Positions 24,901 to 35,776 of a stretch of DNA of 64,000 nucleotides are shown here, piece after piece. Numbering within the stretch: position 1 is the stretch's first letter; the number at the start of each line of letters is the position of its first letter. Below the pieces are notes generated by a model that saw only the letters and a program-made list of their open reading frames with translations, did not search any database and had not been told where the DNA came from. The position numbers and the translations under genes were made by a program. Source of the stretch: Magallana gigas (Eukaryota); the NCBI RefSeq assembly GCF_963853765.1, contig NC_088862.1, positions 23,002,001 to 23,066,000 of the forward strand. The letters are read 5' to 3'.

Positions 24901-25659
24901 TTAGAATATTCAGTATAGTGTTTATTTCCCCCTCAACATTAACAATTCTGACCTCAACATTAACAAAATTAGAAAATATGTAAGAAATCGTCATATTCTG
25001 TAGCACTGAGGATATCTTTCAAGAAATTCACGTAATAAGGGGTGATTGGGATTCCCCGGGGCCCCATAAGCACCGAATATGAAGGCCAAAATATTGGATA
25101 TTTGATTTAAGCCAGCCCCTTGAAGCATATTTCCACGGAATTTACTATTTTCACCAGGCTAGCTTAGCCTGATAATGGTCGTGTAAACCAAATTCCTTTG
25201 GAGGGTTGACTGAACATTCCTGGGGCCCCATCCTCATTAAATATTAAAGCCCAAATATGGGATACAGGGTTTTAGCCAGCCCCTTGAATAGTATTCCCAT
25301 TAGAACTGTATTTTATGAACTTTTCTTCTTTCACCAGGCTAGCTTATCCTCTTTACGGTCGTGTAAATCCAAGTATTTTTTAGGGTTGACTGACTTTTCC
25401 CGGGGCTCCATCCTCATCAAATATGAAGACCCAAATATGAGATAAAGAATGTAAGTTAACCCCTTGAAAGATATTCACATTAGAAATTCAATATCCGTCC
25501 TCAACTTCCTATCGTTATGACTGTTAGAAGATTTTAAGATGATGATATAATAACTAAGTGAACATTGTAAAGTATCAGTAATGAGGACATCAAGGTCATC
25601 TTATTTTCAAACGTCTATTATAAAATATACTTACATATTTTTATACAGCGGATCGCCAT
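15873..25659 (-). CDS. Receptor B: paralog of receptor A (308 aa); exons (5'->3') 25659-25635, 24818-24764, 22675-22587, 22245-22216, 21468-21268, 20861-20721, 16694-16571, 16256-16220, 16097-15873
   Basis: Nine GT-AG exons total 927 nt in one open frame: MAIRCIKIYVSAIQISCVLLNADFFVSSVCLEDIPLFIRSNKAC..DSTKGCHIDCSILST..QCINRNPSLNIRIGCEGEFIH-NRGIRERCDSDTQCENGTTNSFCNETSGFCQCKAGSLFLRESNTCSP-DKIKPCHTCLVMASGVAGLVLGVAISGIIYLIMKNR..DIYNHI..DYDHI..DYSHM..EYALVR*. Extra exons in the two N gaps (16307-16465, 18930-19057) cannot be excluded. Confidence 0.82.
16991..17104. mobile_element. 114-bp palindromic MITE with TAG-like termini and a 9-10 bp TSD (AcademH-like)
   Basis: Arms CTCGTTCAATCAGAC..TCTCCGACAAGC / GCTTGTCGGAGA..GTCTGGTTGAACGAG. 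The direct repeat ATTGAACTC flanks it at 16982-16990 and 17106-17114. The superfamily call is inference. Confidence 0.6.
19075..20698 (+). mobile_element. Non-autonomous Helentron/HINE-type element carrying a satellite array
   Basis: Head AAACAAGAGGCCCAGGGGCCACATCGCTCACC, central ~166-bp tandem array, (GAC)n microsatellite at about 20580-20640, and 3' palindrome GCTCACTTGAGCC-AAA-GGCTCAAGTGAGC. This is the layout known for oyster HINE elements. Confidence 0.85.
19426..20410. repeat. Satellite array, about six units of 157-166 bp (Cg170/HindIII-like)
   Basis: The anchor AAGATTTTCTC recurs at 19426, 19591, 19753, 19910, 20076 and 20242; the units are homologous along their whole length. Confidence 0.9.
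21586..21615 (-). pseudogene. Duplicated copy of receptor B 30-nt micro-exon carrying an in-frame TAA
   Basis: aag|AA ACC CAG TTA GGG TCA GAA TTG TAA CCA A|gttaaa versus the functional cag|AA ACC CAA GTA GGG TCA GGA TTT AAA CCA G|gttaaa at 22245-22216. Flanking intron sequence is also duplicated (about 21490-21720 vs 22140-22330). Confidence 0.7.
21679..21916. repeat. Two (GA)n microsatellites (about 21679-21728 and 21860-21916)
   Basis: Directly visible. Confidence 0.95.
22339..22512. mobile_element. Tc1/mariner-type MITE, copy 2
   Basis: TIR CAGTAAAACACG / CGTGTTTTACTG flanked by TA on both sides. Confidence 0.8.
24001..24157. repeat. Long palindrome (about 65-70 bp arms), loop GCGCGTTAGCGCG
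   Basis: AATCATGATTTTTTGAAGTATACACTCTCATAACTGCCGC and its exact reverse complement ending at 24150. Confidence 0.9.
25040..25490. repeat. About 2.5 diverged tandem units (164-180 bp) in intron 1 of receptor B
   Basis: GGGGC(C/T)CCAT recurs at about 25058, 25222 and 25402; TTCACCAGGCTAGCTTA and GGGTTGACTGA each occur twice. Confidence 0.8.
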
Positions 25660-28181
25660 TATCTTGTTCACAGAACTTTTTTTCAAAACCTAAATAAAAA
25701 GAAACATTAATAGAAAAAAAAATGATGTACGCTCATTTAGGTGGAAGATTAAACGACATTATTTAAATAAATCTACACTGTCATTCAGAGGAAAGCTGGT
25801 CTGGTTATTTTTTTAAAATAAATTATTGGTTATTATAAGAATAATTTAATCTTCATTAGAGCAAGGCATTTGTATAAATGAAAGAAAATTGGTTAAATTT
25901 TAAATGTACACTATTAAAACATTTACAAAATAATACTTCATGGCTAAGAAATATTGTCTAGTATCTTATTGCAGATCTCATGATTTAGTTTTTGAGCAGC
26001 CAGCCTCCTAAATAGAAACAAGGCTTTTTGGTGAAAAAAAAATAATCATCAGATAAATACAACTCTACACAATTGTTATAACACAAAATTAGCATTATGT
26101 GTCATATAAGAGACCAACGACGGCATTATATTATTTTCAAGTAATCGAGAGACCCATTTGACAAAGTGCTTACCTGACAGAAATGCCAAAAGTTGACCAA
26201 GATATTTACCTTCTTATATGATTTATAAATGATCTATTAAAAGACTATATACTTTTTTCACAGCTTCTTGTATAAAAGAGCAAAATCTTCTGTGTTAAAA
26301 ACATAAACTTTACCCAATCCTTCCTGGTATTTTTTATCGTTAAAAAGGCAACGATCTTCTAGGATATGAAAACAGGAAAAAGCTCATAAGACATTTAATA
26401 TTGGTATATTATTCTTATGTCTAATTTACAACGTAACATTTATCATATCATAAAGTACAAAGCCGTGTATCTTGTGAATTTAACTCACATGGATCTAATT
26501 TTAGTTGACTACTGCCCATTTAAACCATATCGATATTTATTTCATTTGGTAAGTAGCTACATGATTTTACATATGCACAGGAGTTATAAACTCATCAAAT
26601 TCGTATGTTACTATTTGTTTATCATTTAACCTAACACTTAAAACACCAGTTTACTATTAACACATGCAAATCCATCCAGGGTAAAAATGTTCAATGGAAA
26701 TAAAGCCCCAAATGTCTCTCAGATACATATCACCACCAAAGATAACTGGGATATTGTTAGAAACATATTTAAAATTTGATGTTTAACGTTATTTTTGTTA
26801 GCTAGCACAGTTAGCATCACATTTCTGTGAGTTAACAGTTCATGCACTGTCAATATAACGCAAAAAGAAGTCAATTATCCCGTGCTTGTTTCATGCATAT
26901 GATTTCTATAACCAAAATTAAATATACCCTTCGCTTTGTTGAAAAAAATAAACAGCATATAAAATGGTTTACTTTAATTTGCAATAGAGTTTTCGAAAAT
27001 CTAATGATACATGCATCATAGTTTGGACCTGATTTCATTCAGTGTGCACCATCTTATGTCTATTTGATTTTAAGAAGAAAATACATATAATGATGGAATG
27101 TCATTAGTTACAGAGTGCAGTTACGGAAACGTATATGGGCTAACACTTGTTGTTTCGTAACCTACCTATTGTTCCCCCTTTCATTGTTTCGTTAACATAT
27201 ACAGTATAATTGTCATCTTTAATTCATATAATTGGTTTTTATGATTTGACATGATTTGATTAGCTAGGCAAAAAATGTTGACACATCAATTTTGCGGACG
27301 CAGGAATTCTTTTAGAACATTGAACCACTCTCAGTCTGAATCTACATAATTTTTTAAGACCAATTTTTGTTCATGTCATACCATCTGCTTGTTTGTTTTC
27401 TTTTTCCTCCTAGGCCTCATATTTTATAAAGTGCTAAATGCCTAAAGAAATGGTATCGCTGGTGATACGTTTGTGTACAAAATCATTTATCATTTCAAAT
27501 ATAACCATCGCAGGCGGCTTTAAATTGTTTCAGGAGATGCAAAGTGAAAATTTTAACATTTCTTTACAATATACATTTCTGTTCAATGAACAATAAAATG
27601 CATAGGAACATTTAATTGATTTCTATAACAATAAAGCCAACTAAAATGCGTTTCTTCAAATAACGTCGTTTTTCAATGCAAAAAACTTTAATTATATAAT
27701 TTAACATTAACTCGAACTGCATACATAACATCATCATTTTGTAGTTGCTAAATATATTTGAAAAGTTTTTTGGACGTGTATGACATTGTCGATATGCATG
27801 CGTATATTTTCTTTCAATATGGACAGAAGGTTTGTGTAAAATAAAAATATTATATTTAAAATTGCTCAGGAACCAATAAGAAAATCCGATAAGTTATGTA
27901 AAGTACACATCCGTGTCGACGTCTTCACTTTGATTGTAATACACTTAACTGTAAAAGCTACCTATTTGCCATGCTTTTAACACGAACATTTTTTCTTTAC
28001 TTTTAAGTGTACGCTTTTATGAAAATATTTACTCTCTTAAAAGCTTTAATCTGATCTTAAGTTCCCTTTTCCCTGTATGAATTGATTTATTTCTATATTG
28101 AAATTAAAGCTTTCTCATGGATTCAAAAAACTTAAATTAGTATGAAACCTGCTGATAAGAAACTACTTTCTTCAAGGCGAT

Positions 28182-31100
28182 ATGAAGTTTCACGTTGTAA
28201 TTGTTTTTCTTTTCTTTTCTGGAAAACATCAAATGAGTCACTCATCCAAAGCGGAAAATAAGTTTGTTTACGTGCAATCTGGCGAGACACAATCAAATTC
28301 TTGTATACTGAACGAGTTTGCAATAGATAACTCGACAATATCCGCTCAATTACAATGTGGAATGCCTTGTAATGCTCTTACGCAATGCGTTGGAGTGGAT
28401 ATCGTAGGAGACGAAGCAAAAAGCTGTCGCCTTTTATACGGCTTTCCTGCTCTGATACCATCTGACACAATATCAGACGATAGATATCAGAAGGTAGTAT
28501 ACTTTCCTCTTTATATGTCTGAATGCGATCCTTTTTTGTATTTGATATTTATATGTATTGTTCTTTTGTTGTAGTCAACTGGAATCAGCATTGGTAAGTT
28601 GACCCTTTAAATTCTGATTAATTTAACATTTTCTTTGGTAGTAAGTTACATGCATGAATAAGATGAAAATTTGAATTCTTTATATTGATAACGATTTAAA
28701 TCATAGAAACACTAAGTTAAACTATTTGAAATAAGTATTAGCTATAGTTCAATACTCAGATGATATATAAATGGAAACAAATATCTCTAAAGAATTCATA
28801 ATATAAAGCTTAAGATCAAATTAATGCCTGTAAAAACCAAACGGCGGTGGTCACAAATACTTTCATTTTTTGCAACAGTATAATGATAAGCAACAAATAT
28901 AAATATTTTTTATTATTTTGCAATATGACACTTAAAGTAATTCAATGACCAATTGGGAGTAATTGGAACAATTTAGTCTCCTTAGATTAGAACAATTCAT
29001 AACATTTTCGAATTAACTACAAAAACTGCTGAGAAATGCATATTTTTGACGTGTTAAGAATACCCAAACTAAAAACACAACCCTTTATAATGCTGCTTCT
29101 TTTTTAACTCGTTGTATGATGCAAATGTGGAATACCAAATTTTGATATCTCCTGATGATAATTACACATTGATTCATTTAACACATAAGTAATCATTGTT
29201 TTAGGAAATTGAGATTTTCATATATGGTCGCGGATAAAAGATTCCAATAAACTCAAAAGGCTTTATGATTAAATTTATCACGTTTGACAATATTGGTCAC
29301 CTCATAGTATTTATAAAATAATTTGTTTTTACTTATACAAGGGTTGTTTTACAATTGTGTGGACAATTGGCGTTCTTCTGTTAATAGGAGACTCAAAGAA
29401 CAAACATGTGCCTCGAAGAGTTTAATATATTTGCATTAAAACAATGCGTCAATCTAAAATATGTATGAAATTAAACTAGAATGATAAAAACATGCTAAAT
29501 AATTAAATCGACCGGCGGCGCGCAATGTTAAAAACAAGAATTTAAATCAACATAAGAAAAAAAACAATTAATATATTGAATTTTTTTTCTTTACCAAATA
29601 TATAGTTTGACCATTATAGAGTTTTCAAAAATTTACTAGCGCATTTTTCGACAAGTTAGAGTTTGAATTCATAGTTAAATTGCCATGTCATCGTTTGAGG
29701 TTACGCTGTGGTACAGTCACATGCAAAAGAAATTCGGTCACAAAATGGCGGCGTGCTTACATTGGTGACGAATGCACAAGAATAAAACAAGCTTAATTTC
29801 TATTAAAACTTATGAAATAAAAAAAACAACTACTTACGGTTTCATATTTTGTTAGGTGTCCTTTAAGTCTGATGACCTGTTGAATACGATTGGGAATAGA
29901 TCCATACAAACTTTTAATGTAAGCAGGCGTAATTTGAGTCCAAATTCGCCGAATTTCCTCGATCAAATTTTCCTTTGATTTAATTGCGCCACAGCGTTAT
30001 TGAAGTTTCCTTTTAATGAAAAGCCACACATTTTCAATAATATTCAAGTCTGGTGACTGGGCAGGCCAGCTAAAAAAATGGATTCGATTTTTTGCAACAT
30101 ATTCTAGTGTTGATCTGGCTCGATGGACGGGGGCGTTGTCGTCTTGGAAAAAAATATTCATTTTGGGGGAAATGTCTAGCAAGAACGGGCCATAAGTTTT
30201 CTTCTAAAATGTCTTGATATTTGGCAGCATTTATGTTTCCTTCTACCGGCGTCATATTCCCTACGCCTTCCCAAGAAATGCACCCCCATATCATGACTTC
30301 ATACTTAGCCTGTGAATTCCGCTTCTCAACGAGGTTGGGTCGCCATCCTTCGTCTTTTTTCCTCCAAATCCGAACTCTCTTGTCATGGCCAATCATGATT
30401 TTACTTTCATCTGAAAAAATTACACGTTTCCAATTCTCAACTGACCATTGTCTTTTTCCCCGACACCACGCAAGCCGCTTCTTCCTATTGTTTTCCTTTA
30501 TAACAAGTTTCTTCTTAGCAACACTCCTTCTGTAATTATTTTTATTTAAATTATGTTGAATAGTCCTTCTACTCACTGGTTCAGGTCTTTCCTCGTTAAA
30601 TTTGGCAGTGATATCTGACAGGGAACACCTCCGATTTGGTTTTACAATCCTTTCTAGCTTGCGATAATCCCGGGGCTTGATTTTTGGAGGCCTGCCGCTT
30701 CTCGGTTTGTTTTCTAGGGAACCCGTCTCTGAAAACCTTTTGCAAATGTCAATAACGGTTGATTTTGGTATGGCTATAACAACTACGTTTTCTTTATTTG
30801 TAAACAAGCAGACGATAAACAAAAGTGTCATGTGATATACCACGTGACTAATTTCTAAATTTAAACAATTCTACTTCCTGTAGTGCTAAAATTGTCGGAC
30901 AAGGTCGTTTATTTTTTACTTTCGTTTTCAAGCGTAAACACGCCGCCATTTTGTGACCGAATACTTATTGCACGTGTCTGTATATGTAAATAATACAATT
31001 TTGCGAAGGTCTGAAAATAAATCCTCATATGCTCAATTACTCTAGCGTCAAAGAAAAAACTAGACAAGTATGGTGATATCAAGTAAAAAAAGAAAAGAAA

Positions 31101-34100
31101 AAGCGACCGATTGTAAGATACATAAAAAGGCTAAACAATACATTTTAAGAAATATACATTATACAATAAGACATACGGGACTACTTTTGAATCTCCGAAT
31201 CGTTTGTACAGGTGCAATATTTTTAACTAGACATTCCTTGTGAATATGCATGCAGGACACATGCTCAAGGATTTTTTTCATGATATGTTCTGAGTTCATT
31301 CCTTAAATTTAGAATACATAGACAGAACACATAATTTATACATAAAAGCTGTCGACTGAAATTTCATAAGACTTCTTGATTCTTTTCCCTTTTCCAAACA
31401 ATATCCAAGATTTCAATTCCGAGATCTAAATATTTTTTTTGACGAAAACAATAAATAAAAACAAGTTTTACAATGCAAACCATTGCAATGAATTAACCCC
31501 GAACGTGTTATGGAGAAAAAAAGTTTACATACTAATATATACATAGATTACGACAATAAACATTGACCAGCTTTAAAGAAAATAGTTCCTTATTGGGCTT
31601 GTATCTTTTAAACTAAAAGTATTTTAGGATTCAATGTTAAAAGTGTATCCCTACCATTAATTATGATGCATATTTTACATGGGACTGTTTTATATCGGGA
31701 ATAGGGTANNNNNNNNNNNNNNNNNNNNNNNNNNNNNNNNNNNNNNNNNNNNNNNNNNNNNNNNNNNNNNNNNNNNNNNNNNNNNNNNNNNNNNNNNNNN
31801 NNNNNNNNNNNNNNNNNNNNNNNNNNNNNNNNNNNNNNNNNNNNNNNNNNNNNNNNNNNNNNNNNNNNNNNNNNAAATATCAAACAATAATTCTGAAATT
31901 CATTTCGTGTTAAATTTACTTGGGCTGCATCTTTCATCATCATTTCATTTTAAAATTACTAAATAAAATGACAACCTATCAAAATTAAATCTGCTTTACT
32001 TTGTACGTTAACAACCTAAATTTTGGTCTTGTGTTTCTGTTGCAAAAGATGACAATTTTTCAAAAGCAATCTATACATGTGTATGCAAAATTTATAGGAA
32101 ACTGCATTTTGAAAACTCTCGGAAATTTTATGTTGATATTTTCTAAATACATTGTAATTGTAGCTCCAACAATGTTTGCTTTATAATGAGATGAAATGCA
32201 TTAATTTTGAACAAAGAATATTCTTCGTCTAAAAGAAATATACAAAATTGTACAATTTCACTTAGAATGATTTTTGTACATGTATATTCAGACACTTGAA
32301 TGAATAAAAATGCTTTCCATATACTTTGATGTAGGAACAGATTATTATTGTTCTGTGCAACTAACGAATGGGCAAATCATATCTATATTGTGCAGTAAGG
32401 GGACTCATAAATGGATGGTAAGATAATATCTCTCCCTGTCTTTCTAACTGTCTGTCTGTCTCTTTCTCTCTCTCTCTGTGCATGCTATTTTACACATGTG
32501 TGGGTGCAGGCAATGTGTTTCTATATGAAAACTTACTGAATTAAATACTCCAATGACTCTTTTTTAGAAGTTTTTGCCCCCCCCCCCCCCGATAACAGTT
32601 GAGGTTTAGTTCCATCCGTTTAAACGTATCTTTTCATATTTGAATGAAAATAAATGTTGCCTATCAGCATGAAATGGGATCCAGTACCGCCTCCCTTATT
32701 GCTACATTCCTGATTAACTTTGAGTTACAGAGTGAGAATATTTTTACAGAAGTTATCTCTCTTATCAGAAGGACATTCAACTTAAAGCATCTTAACTCCA
32801 ACAATTTAACTTCGAAGCGATGATTCTGGTTTAATGTTTGTTTAAGTTTTTTTTTTAAATTTTCCTGTTTATTGTTAATGTCAACTCAAACTACGAATAC
32901 ATGTAATAACTATTAAAACCATATGAAATCACACAATAGCACACTCTTTTATATATTTGGTAGGACTCTGTATATTTTTATACGTAATACATTCACTGCT
33001 TTATTTTGTTTTTGTTAATGATGAAAAGCTCATTCAGAGACGGTTTGATGGATCAGAAATTTTTAGGAGAAACTGGATAGACTACGAAAACGGCTTTGGC
33101 TCTGAAGAATCGGAGTTTTGGATAGGTAAGGATACTACTAAAGTCTTGCTAGAAAAGAAAATCCGCTTAGACTTGACCTTGAGAAACAATTTACGTACAT
33201 TAATATGCATCTTGAATGAAAAATATTTGTACAGTCAGCTGTACCACAATTTTTGCTATATTCTGTTTTTTCTGAATGTCAAATCATATATTAAAGAACG
33301 GATACCGTCCACTTAACACACGATTATATTTTAACTGAATGACTTGCCAAATAATAAGGTTATCCATTTTTTATTTTCTTTTAATTATTTTTTTTATGTG
33401 AAGGTAACCAGAAAATCCATGAATTAACAAACGATGGTTACACGTATCTTCGAATAGAAATGATGGACCATGACTGTGTTTGGAAATATGCAGAATATTC
33501 GACCTTTTATGTTCAATCTGGCAGTTCCAAATATAAACTGCAAGTCAGTGGTTATAGCGGGAATGCAGGTACTGTTTGTCTTTTTTCTCCTACGTTCTCA
33601 ATTCACTATTTTTGATAAAACAAGTATACAATAGTGCAAGGTGTATCGACCATTTGGGTTTCGTTGGGAGCCATCTCAAAATACAGGTACATTTACTTTA
33701 GGAATGTATAAATTGTCATTTTCCGAACTTCGAAACAGATTTAAAAAAATACTACAGTAGCGAGTGTTCTCAAGTTGTAATTCGTGATAAGTAATATCAT
33801 TTTGTACTTTATAGGTGAAAAAAACCCTAAATTCTACTTAAAGTCTGCTTATTGGAAGGGGGGGGGCATCTCAAGTAGTCTTGGTGTTACCTGGTATGGA
33901 AGCATAACCGCGATCAACATGTAGACAGCTTTACCGTTGCCCAGAAAAATGCACCAGCCTGTAACATCCCCTCCCTTTTTTTGGAGGGGGATATGGCAAC
34001 CGTAATGACCCAGCTGTGCGCCTTCCAGATAACATACAGATAATGACTGCTGACCCCTAACCTATCTACTCTTGGAACAAATTAAAAGCATACATAACAT

Positions 34101-35776
34101 CCTCTCCCTGCTTTAAACGCAAATGGCAGGAGACAACGGGTGATCAACTACTACTGTGAACTTCCCACTACCGCCATGGAGATTGATAAATGCCCCCCCC
34201 CCCGAAATATTACCCAATCCCACACTAAACGATAGGTCTTAAACATGGCAGGAAGGGGGAATGAATGATTACACGCTTGTTAATGATGGCATTTTTGCCC
34301 AAAATTATAATGAAACTGGAAATATTTATGTCACAAAAAGTTAGTAGGCAGTGCTTTTGCATAGCACACAAGGTAACTTTATGGGAGAAAAGATTGTTTG
34401 GCAACAGAATAATCTGCATTGTTGCTCGCAGATTGTTTAAAGATATTTGGTTTATAATGATTGTATCATATGGATAAAGGACTTATTAGAAGTTAAGTCA
34501 TTGGACCTTAAATATAAAATTAACCTATTAGAATGACACATCCTATCTGTCATACATGTACCCGCTATACTCTCTTTGACTTGGTGCCACTGCAGTCTTT
34601 GTATGCCATCCCAGGTGATTCTGGATGGCAGGTCGAGTTTTGTACCCCGGAACTGGGTCCGGCCTCTATCCTTGTCCAATAGAGAGAGATAATCCAACTA
34701 TCCAGTTGGACACACCCGGAATTTAGTTTAAAGTATGCCATTAACTTGATATAAAGTACTATTGAATTAATAGATTTTAAATGGAAATAAAATCTCTTAA
34801 TAGATGGAATAACTTAAAGAATAATTTACATCCTAGACCTCCGCAGGACAATGCCGTCGTGTCTCCATATAGCATCTTTCCTGCATCCCTCAACCGTCAG
34901 CGAGGGTTTCTGGCAATCGATGGCGACCCGTAGTCGTCTGGTGACGTTTGTGACTCACAGGAGGAATGTTGACTTAAAATGTAGAATGAATTGGGATCGA
35001 TTTCCCTCTCTGATTTATATTTTGCTCTTAAGAGATGAATCTGGCATGGTTCCTGTTTGCAATAATGAGTAGTCGTTACATGACTGTTTACTTGAACGAC
35101 AGGAAGAAAACCTCGATTTCATATCACACCATATCGCCAATGGAAACTAAATTAATTTTGTACTTTTTTAAATTCATCAAATAATTTTGATTATTTGCGT
35201 TAACGATTGAACGTCAAATAGATTTCACTTCATGATAACAACGTTGATTAAATTGAGTATTTAAGGCTAACTATAAAGCTAATATATTTCTAAGAATTAT
35301 TTTCCAGTATTGTTAAGCAATCTCTACATAATAAAAATTAAATAGAAAGATCAAAGTAGTATCAGCATTTCAGTTTATCAAACGGTCTTAGAATTTTTTT
35401 TCCCAGTATTGTTAAGTGATCTCTACTTAATAGATACTAAAATGAAAGTTCAAAGTAGTATCAGTGTTTCATATTATCAAACGGTCTTTGCAGAAAAAAT
35501 GTGCTTTATAAATAACAATTATGTTTTCACATTTGAGGAGACAGTATGTGGTACCATGACGGAATGTTCTTTAGTACGTACGACAGTGACAACGATTACT
35601 GGTCAAATAACTGTGGATTAACCAGGCGCGGAGGATGGTGGTATAACTCATGCCACAAGGCAAATCTTAATGGAGAGTATGGGAACACAGATTACTCCAA
35701 CGGCATCAATTGGTACTACTGGAAAGGTTTCTATTACTCAATGAAGGAAGTCAGAATGATGGTGCGAAAACCCTAA
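28182..35776 (+). CDS. FReD paralog 2: secreted PAN/Apple-like + fibrinogen-C protein, 304 aa; exons 28182-28493, 28575-28593, 32335-32417, 33029-33125, 33404-33568, 35538-35776
   Basis: ATG and hydrophobic leader MKFHVVIVFLFFSG; PAN-type motif QCGMPCNALTQCVGVDIVGDEAKSCRLL; six GT-AG exons total 915 nt in one open frame ending MMVRKP*; all FReD motifs present. Confidence 0.92.
29714..30980 (-). mobile_element. Tc1-family (DD34E) transposon, full length with a disrupted transposase, in intron 2 of FReD paralog 2
   Basis: About 40-bp imperfect TIRs (CAG(T/A)CAC(A/G)TGCAA..TTCGGTCACAAAATGGCGGCGTG) with TA on both sides. ORF has HTH (PRSGRPPK), FSDES, FQDDNAPVH and SPDLNIIENVW with 34 residues between the second D and E. 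Lesions: +1 frameshift in the A7 run at 30148-30154 and a premature TAA at 29997-29999; the C-terminus ..SIPNRIQQVIRLKGHLTKY follows the stop. Confidence 0.95.
35300..35495. repeat. Diverged two-copy ~99-bp tandem duplication just upstream of the last exon of FReD paralog 2
   Basis: CCAGTATTGTTAAG..TCAAAGTAGTATCAG..TTATCAAACGGTCTT starts at 35304 and 35403. Confidence 0.85.

Noticed and set aside
6359-25659. Assigning MEGF10/Draper/CED-1 as gene symbol for the receptors
   Set aside because: They have only one EB/EGF-like module, no EMI domain and no NPxY motif. The resemblance is limited to the tail logic, so no symbol is given.
30221-30535. 104-aa + strand ORF
   Set aside because: Antisense shadow of the Tc1 transposase.
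34225-35072. Several 64-81 aa ORFs in GC-richer intronic patches of FReD paralog 2
   Set aside because: No recognisable motifs; probably old repeat fragments that I cannot classify.
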